From: Candidatus Firestoneibacteriota bacterium
GTDB lineage: Bacteria; Oederibacteriota; D2-FULL-39-29; JBBTED01
Assembly (NCBI GenBank): GCA_038042445.1
Contig: JBBTED010000096.1
Location: 1 to 35,024, forward strand
Length of the DNA: 35,024 nt
Direction of reading: 5' to 3'
Shown: positions 26,642 through 35,024 of the stretch, one piece after another
Layout: each line of letters begins with the position of its first letter
How positions within the stretch are numbered: position 1 is the first letter of the stretch
Translations under genes and position numbers: made by a program
The notes under the pieces: model-generated
What the model was told of the DNA's origin: nothing
Database searches by the model: none
The model's input: only the letters and a program-made list of their open reading frames with translations

Positions 26642-27625
26642 ATGCGGAAAAATTTCTGGAAAAATAAAAAAGTTTTAATAACAGGTTATGAGGGATTTTT
26701 AGGCTCTTGTCTTACTAAGATTCTTATAAATTATGGTGCTAAAATATGGGGATTGGATATTTTAACTCATAGGAAAAAAACAATTTTGTCAGGTAATGAT
26801 TTTCTTAAGATTAATGTTATTAAAGGAAATGTTGCAAATTTACCACTTGTTTCTAAAATTATAAAGGAAAACAAAATGGAATTTGTTTTTCATCTTGCTG
26901 CAGAAGCTATTGTTGGTGAATGTCTTAAAAATCCACTTCTTACGTTTTCGTCTAACATAGAAGGCACATGGAAAATTCTTGAAGTATGTAGAAAATTTAA
27001 GACAGTAAAATCAATTGTTATTGCATCAAGTGACAAGGCATATGGAAGCCATACGAAACTTCCTTATAAAGAGTATGCATCTTTGCACGGTGATCATCCT
27101 TATGATGTGTCTAAAAGTTGTGCTGATTTAATTGCTTACACGTATTTTCACACTTACGGTTTGCCTGTTGCAGTAACTCGTTGTGGTAACATTTATGGCC
27201 CCGGGGATTTTAATTTTTCAAGAATACTACCGGATGCAATAAGATGCGCTTTATTGGATAAACCAATTGAAATAAGAAGTGACGGGAAATTCACTCGCGA
27301 TTATGTTTTTGTGGAAGATATTGCAAATGGATATATTTTATTGGCTGAGAAATTGCAAAAATTAAAATTAGGCGGAGAAGCATTTAATTTTAGTGATGAG
27401 AACCCTATAACTGTAATAGAATTTGTTAAAAAAATTTATTGTGCGTCCGAAAGAAAACCAAAGTATAAAATTTTAAATCAGGCGAAATATGAAATAAAGC
27501 ACCAATATCTTGCGTCTCAAAAAGCAAGGAAAATACTTGGATGGAAGCCCAAATATTCTCTGGAAAGCGGACTTAAAAAAACCGTTATATGGTATAAAAG
27601 TTTTTTACAAAATGAAAAAAGTTAA
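26642..27625 (+). CDS. rfbG: CDP-glucose 4,6-dehydratase-like extended SDR
   Basis: FWKNKKVLITG..GFLG, VFHLAA, SSDKAY, PYDVSK, RCGNIYGPGD; directly follows rfbF. Confidence 0.8.
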   Translation: MRKNFWKNKKVLITGYEGFLGSCLTKILINYGAKIWGLDILTHRKKTILSGNDFLKINVIKGNVANLPLVSKIIKENKMEFVFHLAAEAIVGECLKNPLLTFSSNIEGTWKILEVCRKFKTVKSIVIASSDKAYGSHTKLPYKEYASLHGDHPYDVSKSCADLIAYTYFHTYGLPVAVTRCGNIYGPGDFNFSRILPDAIRCALLDKPIEIRSDGKFTRDYVFVEDIANGYILLAEKLQKLKLGGEAFNFSDENPITVIEFVKKIYCASERKPKYKILNQAKYEIKHQYLASQKARKILGWKPKYSLESGLKKTVIWYKSFLQNEKS

Positions 27626-28493
27626 AGTTGGAATCATAGGTACTGGTAATATTGGAACCGATCTTTTGATTAAAATTCAAAGATCAGAGTTTTTGGAATG
27701 TGGTATATTTGCTGGAAAGAATAAAGAATCCAAAGGAATAAAAAAAGCTTTGTCTCTTGGAGTGAAAGTTTCATTTGATTCTATCAAGGCAATAGAAAAA
27801 GATCCAAATTGTTGTGATATTGTTTTTGACGCAACTTCTGCTAAAGTTCATTTATACAATGCACCGATATTAAAAAAGTTGAAAAAATATACTATTGATT
27901 TAACTCCTTCACAGGTAGGCAAAATGTGCGTTCCTGCGATTAATCTGGATGAATGTCTTAATTTGAATAATGTAAATCTTATTACTTGCGGTGGTCAGGC
28001 AACAATACCTGTGATATTTGCCATTATGAAGGTTCATCCTGAAACAGAATATATAGAAATAGTTGCAAGTATTTCTTCGAAATCTGCAGGATCTGGTACA
28101 AGGGTAAACATAGACGAATTTACGCAGACAACTAGAGATGCTATTGTGCAATTTACAGGTGTTAAAAAAGTGAAAGCCATAATAGTTTTGAATCCTGCTG
28201 AGCCACCTGTTTTAATGCATAACACTATTTACGCAAAAATAGAAAAACCAAATATAGCCAAACTACAGTTTGAAATTATGGAAATGGCAAAAAAAATTCA
28301 AAAATATGTGCCAGGTTACAAAATAAAATTGGGGCCTGTAGCGGAAAACGAAAGAGTTACAACTATGATTGAAGTGGTTGGTTTGGGCGATTTTCTTCCT
28401 AAATATTCTGGTAATTTGGATATAATTACTTGTGCTGCAGTAAATGTAGCAGAAGAATATGCCAAAAAGAAGATTTTCAAAAAAGAGAAATAA
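27612..28493 (+). CDS. Acetaldehyde dehydrogenase (acetylating), DmpF/MhpF family
   Basis: IIGTGNIGTDLL, VFDATSA, NLITCGGQATIP, SAGSGTRVNIDEF, AIIVLNPAEPP, GNLDIIT; start moved to ATG 27612. Confidence 0.93.
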   Translation: MKKVKVGIIGTGNIGTDLLIKIQRSEFLECGIFAGKNKESKGIKKALSLGVKVSFDSIKAIEKDPNCCDIVFDATSAKVHLYNAPILKKLKKYTIDLTPSQVGKMCVPAINLDECLNLNNVNLITCGGQATIPVIFAIMKVHPETEYIEIVASISSKSAGSGTRVNIDEFTQTTRDAIVQFTGVKKVKAIIVLNPAEPPVLMHNTIYAKIEKPNIAKLQFEIMEMAKKIQKYVPGYKIKLGPVAENERVTTMIEVVGLGDFLPKYSGNLDIITCAAVNVAEEYAKKKIFKKEK

Positions 28494-28497
28494 TATT

Positions 28498-29541
28498 ATG
28501 GATAAAATTATTTTTTTTGATTCTACTTTAAGAGATGGTTCGCATGCAGTTAGTCACAAAATTGCTGCTTCTGAAATAAAAAATTACTGTAGAAAAATAG
28601 ACGATGCTGGTTTACATACAGTTATAGTAGGGCATGGAAATGGTCTTGGTGCATCTTCTTTACAGGTTGGATTGTCTGCGCTTACTGATGATGAAATGCT
28701 TAAGACTGCAAAAAAAGAACTTAAAAAAACAAAATTAGGTGCGTTTTTGATTCCAGGTTTTGGTACAATAAAGGATGATATAAATCCTGCAATAGATAAT
28801 GGTGTTGATTTATTTTGTGTTGCAATTCACTGTACTGAGGCAGATGTTACACGTCAGCATATTGAATATGTAAGAAAAAAAGGCAAAGATGCTTATGGAA
28901 TACTTATGATGTATCATATGGCGCCAAAAGAGAGGCTTCTGGAAGAAGCGTTAAAAATGCAAAGTTATGGTGCGATAGGAGTTGTTTTGATGGATTCTGC
29001 TGGTGCTTCAACTTCGCAAATGGTTTCCGAAACTGTTAGATTCTTGTCTGATAATTTGGATATTAAAGTAGGGTTTCATGGGCATAATAATCTTGGTCTT
29101 GCTGTTTCAAATTCACTTATTGCAATACAATCGGGTGCTGTTATTATTGATGGAACACTGCGAGGTTTTGGTGCAGGTGCGGGAAATTGCCAACTTGAGG
29201 TTTTGGCTGGTCTTTTATCAAAATTAAAAATTGAGACTGGTCTTGATTTGTATAAAATGATGGATGTAAGTGACGATGTTGTTTCAAAGATGATGAAGTT
29301 ACCTCAGGAAATAACGTCCGTAAGTTTAATAAGTGGTTTGGCAGGAGTTTTCTCCGGTTTTGCCAATAATGTAAAAAAAACGGCAGTCAGATTTGGGGTT
29401 GATCCAAGGGACATTTTTATGGAACTTGGACGTCGCAAAATGGTAGCAGGTCAGGAAGATTTTATCGTGGATGTAGCTATGTATCTGGCAAACAAAAAAG
29501 GTTCTGAAGAAGAAAGCTACGATATTGAATCATTGCTTTAA
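28498..29541 (+). CDS. 4-hydroxy-2-oxovalerate aldolase, DmpG/MhpE family
   Basis: DSTLRDGSHA, VGHGNGLGASS, HCTEAD, MDSAG, GFHGHNNLGLAVSN, GAGAGN, GQED.I..VA; start moved to ATG 28498. Confidence 0.93.
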   Translation: MDKIIFFDSTLRDGSHAVSHKIAASEIKNYCRKIDDAGLHTVIVGHGNGLGASSLQVGLSALTDDEMLKTAKKELKKTKLGAFLIPGFGTIKDDINPAIDNGVDLFCVAIHCTEADVTRQHIEYVRKKGKDAYGILMMYHMAPKERLLEEALKMQSYGAIGVVLMDSAGASTSQMVSETVRFLSDNLDIKVGFHGHNNLGLAVSNSLIAIQSGAVIIDGTLRGFGAGAGNCQLEVLAGLLSKLKIETGLDLYKMMDVSDDVVSKMMKLPQEITSVSLISGLAGVFSGFANNVKKTAVRFGVDPRDIFMELGRRKMVAGQEDFIVDVAMYLANKKGSEEESYDIESLL

Positions 29542-29564
29542 TGGAATAAACAGGGAGGTAAAAA

Positions 29565-31364
29565 ATGCGAATTGCAGATTTTATTTTTAAGTTTCTTACA
29601 GACAGGGGAGTGGATACTGTATTTATGGTGTCCGGTGGACAGGCGATGTTTCTTGTTGACGCAGTTTATCAGAACAAAAAACTGAAAACTATTTGTGTTC
29701 ATCACGAGCAGGCTGCTGGAATGTCGATAGATGCTTATGGAAGGATTACCGGGAAAATAAGCGTAGCGCTTGTAACTGCTGGTCCCGGTTCCATAAATGT
29801 TATGAACGGACTTGTTGGTGGTTGGACGGATTCGTCGCCAATGATAGTAATTTCAGGACAGTCTACTTTGTCTCATGTTCAGTATCAGCAGAAACATCAG
29901 ATAAGACAATATGGGATTCAAGGAATAAACATAAAACCGTTTGTTGAAAAAGCCACAAAGTTTTTTGTAACAGTTGATGACCCGGCAAAAATTTTATATT
30001 ATATGGAAAAAGCATATTATCTTGCTTTCAATAGTCGTCCGGGACCAGTTTGGATAGATGTTCCCCTGGATATTCAGAAAATGGAAGTTCCTGTAAATTT
30101 GCTTGAAGAATTCAGTCCTCCGATAGAAAATACAAATAGTAATTTGTTAAAAGAACAGGTATTGAAAACGATTAAATTATTATCAGTTTCCGTGCGACCG
30201 ATTTTTATAGTAGGACAGGGTGTAAGGTTATCAAATTCCATAAGTGAATTCACCGAAGTTGTTGAAAAATTTAAAATACCAATTTTAACTTCCCGTTTGG
30301 GAATTGATTTGATAAATAGTGACAGCGAACTGTATGTAGGTCGGCCTGGGAATTACGGAGAGAGGTCTGCAAATTTTGCAATACAGAATTCTGATTTAGT
30401 AATTTCCGTAGGATGCCGTCTTGCTTCTGCTTTGGTGGGTCACGACCCGAAAAATTTTGGGAAATATGCAAAGAAAATTGTAGTTGATATAGATAACAAG
30501 GAATTGGATAAGCCTGGTGTAAATATAGATCTAAAAATAAATAACGATGCAAAACGGTTTTTCTCTGAAATGTTACGACAGGTACAAACTTCGTTTGTTC
30601 CGGATTTTAGCGATTGGATAAAACAATGCAACTACTGGAAAAAAACATATCCCGTGGTTTTGCCAGAATACAAAAATGAAAAACCTGTCAACTCTTATTA
30701 TTTTACGAATAAATTATCGGATCTGGCAAAAAAAGAAGACATGGTAATACTTGATACTGGTACTTGTTTTCACGTTGTCTGTCAGACATGGAAGATAAAA
30801 AAAGGGCAGAGATTTTTGACTACTGGTGGTCTTTCGTCTATGGGTTGGTGGGTGGCAGGCATTGGTGCTTGTATGGCAAACGATAGGAGAAATACCATAG
30901 TTATAACCGGTGACGGAAGTTTGCAAATGAATTTACAAGAATTAGCTACGATAAAGCATAATAATCTGCCTATAAAAATTTTCATTTTCAATAACAATGG
31001 TTATCTCTTGATAAGGCATACACAGAAAAATTTTATGGAGGGCAGATTGTTTGGGGAAGGTCCTGAAACGGGTGTTTGGTGTCCGGATTCTTTGAAAATT
31101 GCCAATGCGTATGGAATAAAAGGTGTAAGAATAAATTCGGTAAAAGAGGTTGAGTCAAAAATAAAAGAAGTGCTTGATTCAGAATGTCCAGTTATTTGTG
31201 ATGTTATGACACCTGAATGGCAATTGATAATTCCGAGAATATCGTCGGATAAAAAACCGGACGGAACTTTGATTTCTAAGCCTTACGAGGATATGTTCCC
31301 GTTTTTGGACAGGAAAGTTCTAAAAAAAGAAATGATTGCCGATACTGATTATGTTAAAAAATAA
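29565..31364 (+). CDS. ThDP-dependent acetolactate-synthase-like carboligase (YerE-like)
   Basis: HHEQAAGM, VTAGPG, RPGPVWIDVPLDIQ, GDGSLQMN.QEL...NNNGY ThDP motif; located in a CDP-sugar cluster. Confidence 0.88.
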   Translation: MRIADFIFKFLTDRGVDTVFMVSGGQAMFLVDAVYQNKKLKTICVHHEQAAGMSIDAYGRITGKISVALVTAGPGSINVMNGLVGGWTDSSPMIVISGQSTLSHVQYQQKHQIRQYGIQGINIKPFVEKATKFFVTVDDPAKILYYMEKAYYLAFNSRPGPVWIDVPLDIQKMEVPVNLLEEFSPPIENTNSNLLKEQVLKTIKLLSVSVRPIFIVGQGVRLSNSISEFTEVVEKFKIPILTSRLGIDLINSDSELYVGRPGNYGERSANFAIQNSDLVISVGCRLASALVGHDPKNFGKYAKKIVVDIDNKELDKPGVNIDLKINNDAKRFFSEMLRQVQTSFVPDFSDWIKQCNYWKKTYPVVLPEYKNEKPVNSYYFTNKLSDLAKKEDMVILDTGTCFHVVCQTWKIKKGQRFLTTGGLSSMGWWVAGIGACMANDRRNTIVITGDGSLQMNLQELATIKHNNLPIKIFIFNNNGYLLIRHTQKNFMEGRLFGEGPETGVWCPDSLKIANAYGIKGVRINSVKEVESKIKEVLDSECPVICDVMTPEWQLIIPRISSDKKPDGTLISKPYEDMFPFLDRKVLKKEMIADTDYVKK

Positions 31365-32289
31365 AAAAATTGCCATTCTTGGTGCTACTAGTCATATAGC
31401 AAAAGGGCTTATCTATAATTTTTCAAAATCCCGGTATAAAAACATTTTTTTGTTTGCGCGTTCTTTAACACGTCTGCAATATTTTCTTAGTGAAATTAAC
31501 TGCAAAAACAAGTGGGCGAAAAAAAATTTTAATGAGTTTAAAAATTACAATTACGATGTAATAATAAATTGTGTGGGTCTTGGAACACCTTCAAAAGTGA
31601 AAGATGCAGGTTACGATATTTTTAGCCTCACAGAAAAATTTGATAATATGATTATTGAGTATTTAGTTAATCGTCCAAAAACTCTTTATATAAATTTCAG
31701 CAGCGGTGCGGTTTACGGAAGTGATTTTGCAAGTCCAGTTAATAATTCTACTTTTTCAAAATGGAATATTAATAATATCAAAGAATCAGATTATTATGGT
31801 ATGGCAAAACTGAATTCAGAAGCAAAACATCGTGCACTTAAAAAATTCAACATAGTAGATTTAAGAGTTTTTGGATATTTCAGCAGGTTTATGGATATTG
31901 ATATGAATTATTTTCTTGGAGAAATAATTCTATGCCTAAAAAGCGGGAAGGTTTTTGAAACAAATGGGAGAAATATAACACGCGATTTTATTCATCCAAC
32001 AGATATTTTTTTATTAGTTGAAAAATGTATATTAAAGCGAAAAATAAACGATGCGTTCGATGTTTACAGTAAAAAACCGATAACAAAGTTCGAAATTCTG
32101 AATTTTTTCAAAAAAAAATACAAACTGAAATATCTTATAAAAGAAAGTAAAAAAATAATTTCAGTAACCGGTATCAAAGACAATTATTTTTCTTTATCCC
32201 GAAAAGCCAAAGAAATAGGTTATAAATCATATTTTAGTTCGCTGGATTGTATTTCTATGGAAACAAATTATATATTGGAAAACTGGTAG
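31351..32289 (+). CDS. NAD-dependent epimerase/dehydratase-family reductase (YerF-like position)
   Basis: ILGATSHIA, SSGAVYG, YGMAK (YxxxK), RDFIH. Confidence 0.8.
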   Translation: MLKNKKIAILGATSHIAKGLIYNFSKSRYKNIFLFARSLTRLQYFLSEINCKNKWAKKNFNEFKNYNYDVIINCVGLGTPSKVKDAGYDIFSLTEKFDNMIIEYLVNRPKTLYINFSSGAVYGSDFASPVNNSTFSKWNINNIKESDYYGMAKLNSEAKHRALKKFNIVDLRVFGYFSRFMDIDMNYFLGEIILCLKSGKVFETNGRNITRDFIHPTDIFLLVEKCILKRKINDAFDVYSKKPITKFEILNFFKKKYKLKYLIKESKKIISVTGIKDNYFSLSRKAKEIGYKSYFSSLDCISMETNYILENW

Positions 32290-32299
32290 CAAATCATAT

Positions 32300-32322
32300 G
32301 TAGTCGCAGGCTTTAGCCTGCG
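32300..32322. repeat. Family C REP
   Basis: GTAGTCGCAGGCTTTAGCCTGCG, identical to 7710-7732. Confidence 0.88.
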
Positions 32323-32337
32323 AAGGAGAAGCAGAAA

Positions 32338-33651
32338 ATGAAAAGTGAAGCAACAATCAGAAAAGAAATCTTTCAAAAAGTAGTAGAATTATATAAATTA
32401 AGAAAATCTCAGGAAAAATTTATTGCAGGTAAAAGTCTTATTAATTATGGTGGTCGTATTTATGATGAAAAAGAAATAATAAGTCTTGTTGATGCTTCTT
32501 TGGATTTTTGGCTGACAGCTGGTAGATACGCACGGGAATTTGAAAAAAAGTTCGCTTTATTTCTCGGAGTAAAGAATTGTTTTTTGGTTAATTCTGGGTC
32601 TTCTGCAAATCTCATTGCTGTAACTGCTTTGACTTCACCGTTGTTAAAAGAAAAACAATTGCATTTAGGCGACGAAGTAATTACAACAGCTTGCGGTTTT
32701 CCAACTACACTTAATCCAATATTGCAAAATAATCTAATTCCTGTTTTTATTGATGTAGAACTTGGAACATACAATATTGATGTTAAAAAAATTGAAAAGG
32801 CAATTTCTAAAAAAACAAAAGCAATTTTTGTTCCACATACTTTAGGAAATCCTTCAGATATTGCAGAAATCTCACGTATAGCAAAAAAATACAATCTCTG
32901 GTTTATAGAAGATAATTGTGATGCTTTAGGTTCTAAATATAAAGGTAAATATACAGGTACTTTTGGTCATATTTCAACTTGTAGTTTTTATCCCGCACAC
33001 AATATAACAATGGGTGAGGGCGGAGCTGTTTTAACTAATGACCCGCTGTTAAGAAGAATTATTCTTTCATTGCGTGATTGGGGAAGAGATTGTTGGTGTG
33101 AGTCAGGCCATGATAATACCTGCAAAATAAGATTTTCACAACAATTTGGCAAAATGCCTTTTGGATATGACCACAAATATGTTTATTCTCATATAGGATA
33201 TAATTTAAAAGTTACAGATATGCAAGCAGCGATAGGTGTTGCTCAATTAGAAAAATTACCTAAATTTATTGAATTAAGAAGAAAAAACTTTGAACGCTTA
33301 TATAATCATCTTAAAAAATATAAGAAATATTTTATATTACCACAGGCAACAAAAAATTCAACTCCTAGTTGGTTTGGTTTTCCAATACTTGTTCAAGAAA
33401 CTGCTCCTTTTACACGTAAAGATATTGTAAATTATTTAGAAGAAAATAAAATTGCCACAAGAATGCTTTTTGGCGGCAATCTAATTAAACAACCAGCTTA
33501 TGAGAATATGAAATATAGAGTTTCGGAAAATCTAAGCAATACTGATTTAGTAATGAATAATTTGTTTTGGATTGGAGTGTATCCAGGTATAACAGATAAA
33601 AAACTAAAATACGTAACAAAAACATTTGACGAATTCATAAAATTACATTAG
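32338..33651 (+). CDS. rfbH: CDP-4-keto-6-deoxyglucose 3-dehydratase (E1, RfbH/DdhC)
   Basis: VNSGSSANL, EDNCDALG, SFYPAHNITMGEGG (His at the usual Lys position), RDCWC......NTC and YDHKY Fe-S motif. Confidence 0.95.
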   Translation: MKSEATIRKEIFQKVVELYKLRKSQEKFIAGKSLINYGGRIYDEKEIISLVDASLDFWLTAGRYAREFEKKFALFLGVKNCFLVNSGSSANLIAVTALTSPLLKEKQLHLGDEVITTACGFPTTLNPILQNNLIPVFIDVELGTYNIDVKKIEKAISKKTKAIFVPHTLGNPSDIAEISRIAKKYNLWFIEDNCDALGSKYKGKYTGTFGHISTCSFYPAHNITMGEGGAVLTNDPLLRRIILSLRDWGRDCWCESGHDNTCKIRFSQQFGKMPFGYDHKYVYSHIGYNLKVTDMQAAIGVAQLEKLPKFIELRRKNFERLYNHLKKYKKYFILPQATKNSTPSWFGFPILVQETAPFTRKDIVNYLEENKIATRMLFGGNLIKQPAYENMKYRVSENLSNTDLVMNNLFWIGVYPGITDKKLKYVTKTFDEFIKLH

Positions 33652-33653
33652 AT

Positions 33654-33710
33654 GTAGTTGCCGATTTATCGGCGTTCTGTTTTTTGTAATGCTGATAAAT
33701 CAGCAACTAC
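33654..33710. repeat. Paired family A REPs (REPIN-like)
   Basis: GTAGTTGCCGATTTATCGGC...GCTGATAAATCAGCAACTAC. Confidence 0.88.
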
Positions 33711-33723
33711 TTGTGAGAAATAA

Positions 33724-34920
33724 ATGGAAAATTGGTTTTTTATTGCAAATAATACTATTGGTGATTCTGGTTTAAGTGGTGGAGATAGAATATATATTGA
33801 ATTAGCAAGAAATTGGAAAGATAAAGTCCAATTATCTATTATAGGAACTGAAGAAACAATAACTGTTTGCAAAAGAGAAGGCCTTACTGATGTAGATTTT
33901 TTAAAAACCTCAACAAAATTAGGGCTCAAAAATGTTTTTACAATGTTTGCCCTTTTTTCTAATTTTTTCAAAAAATTATTCAACGGTGTATTATTTATAA
34001 TAAAAAATACAAAGCTATTTAAAAATAGCAATTGTGTTTATTCTGTTTCAGATTTTTATCCTGATTCAATACCTGCATTTTTAATTAAACTCATAAACAA
34101 AAAAGTTATTTGGATTGCAGGTTTTTATCTTTTTGCTCCTGCGCCTTTCCAAAAAGATTCACCATATAAAGGAAAAGATTTTCTTAGGGGTTTTTTATAC
34201 TGGTTATCACAAATCCCAATTCATTGGATAGTAAATAGATATGCGGATATAGTATTTATTACCTCTGAACCAGACAAAAAAAGATTTATTAGAAAAAAAA
34301 GAGATGAATCAAAAATTATAGTTATCAGAGGAGGAGTAAATATTTCAGATTCTACAAAATATTTGAATAGCCAAAATGTTATTCCTGTGGAGAAACGAAA
34401 ATACGATGCCTGTTTTGTTGGCAGATTCCATCAGCAAAAAGGTGTTTTAGTTTTGATTGATATATGGAAAGAGGTTGTGAAGCTTAAACCAGATGCAAAA
34501 TTAGCAATGATAGGAAATGGACCATTAGAAGAAGAAGTTAAAAACAGAGCTAAAGAATATGGAATAGGTAATAATATAGATTTATTTGGTTTTTTAGATG
34601 GCGAGAAAAAATACGCCATTTTTCAGCAAAGTAAAATTGTAGTGCATCCTGCTACTTATGATAGTGGTGGAATGGCATCAGCAGAAGCTATGGCATGGGA
34701 ATTACCAGGCATAAGTTTTGATTTAGAAGCGCTAAAAACATATTATCCAAAAGGTATGATAAAAATACCACAAGGAAATAATAAGAACTTCGCAGAAGAA
34801 ATAATTAAATTATTATTCAATAAAGAATATTACGCAAATTTATCCAAGCAAGCAAGAGACCTAATAATTGAAAAATGGAGTTGGGATAAACGAGCAACCG
34901 AAATTTTTCGGCAAATTTGA
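33724..34920 (+). CDS. Glycosyltransferase family 4 (GT-B)
   Basis: SGGDRI, FVGRFHQQKG, IGNGP, P..YDSGGM...EAMA. Confidence 0.88.
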   Translation: MENWFFIANNTIGDSGLSGGDRIYIELARNWKDKVQLSIIGTEETITVCKREGLTDVDFLKTSTKLGLKNVFTMFALFSNFFKKLFNGVLFIIKNTKLFKNSNCVYSVSDFYPDSIPAFLIKLINKKVIWIAGFYLFAPAPFQKDSPYKGKDFLRGFLYWLSQIPIHWIVNRYADIVFITSEPDKKRFIRKKRDESKIIVIRGGVNISDSTKYLNSQNVIPVEKRKYDACFVGRFHQQKGVLVLIDIWKEVVKLKPDAKLAMIGNGPLEEEVKNRAKEYGIGNNIDLFGFLDGEKKYAIFQQSKIVVHPATYDSGGMASAEAMAWELPGISFDLEALKTYYPKGMIKIPQGNNKNFAEEIIKLLFNKEYYANLSKQARDLIIEKWSWDKRATEIFRQI

Positions 34921-35024
34921 CAAAATCTATATTTTGTAGTATACTATATATAGTATGATAAATATTCCTAAAGTCAAACACGTCTCAATACTCAATACTC
35001 AATACTCAATACAATAAGAAGTCT
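34913..35024 (+). repeat. 112-bp promoter/uORF/heptamer module, copy 2 (runs to window end)
   Basis: TTGACA 34917-22, TATACT 34940-45, palindrome 34941-56, uORF 34955-35017, (CTCAATA)4. Confidence 0.95.

Noticed and set aside
27510..29541. Phenol/catechol meta-cleavage pathway, and the longer annotated starts at 27510 and 28459
   Set aside because: No dioxygenase, hydrolase or hydratase genes nearby; the longer starts overlap upstream genes and add non-homologous residues
616..34619. Numerous antisense or overlapping short ORFs in the supplied track
   Set aside because: They shadow well-supported genes on the opposite strand or in another frame and have no recognisable motifs

Overview
AT-rich (roughly 30% GC by eye) chromosome segment of a diderm, probably anaerobic bacterium. 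Left part (1-18.6 kb), mostly housekeeping: tRNA-Ser(GCT), GAF-GAF-HD-GYP phosphodiesterase, DciA/DUF721, FmdB Zn-ribbon protein, TonB-dependent receptor, GT9 heptosyltransferase, two URO-D-superfamily proteins, nth, HD hydrolase, CE7 esterase, uppP, a PorV-like barrel and AddAB-like helicase/nuclease. Right part (18.6-35 kb): a cell-surface cassette with a LamG/C1q-like protein, a beta-propeller protein carrying a T9SS type-B-like CTD, and a PorV/PorP-like barrel. These are followed by a CDP-3,6-dideoxy C4-branched sugar cluster (rfbF, rfbG, dmpF/dmpG-like, YerE-like ThDP enzyme, reductase, rfbH, GT2/GT4) whose logic predicts an erwiniose-type sugar. The cassette is bracketed by two near-identical 112-bp modules, each with a consensus sigma70 promoter, a perfect 16-bp palindrome and a leaderless 20-aa uORF containing (CTCAATA)4. 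The first module leads into a ~330-bp array made of seven different REP-like palindrome families. REP-like elements of at least eight families are scattered through the window, nest inside each other and a MITE, and sit in-frame in AddB and the PorV/PorP-like protein. A DnaA-box/trio-like cluster at ~10.6 kb is a candidate origin. All calls come from reading the sequence and recognising motifs; no database searches were run.
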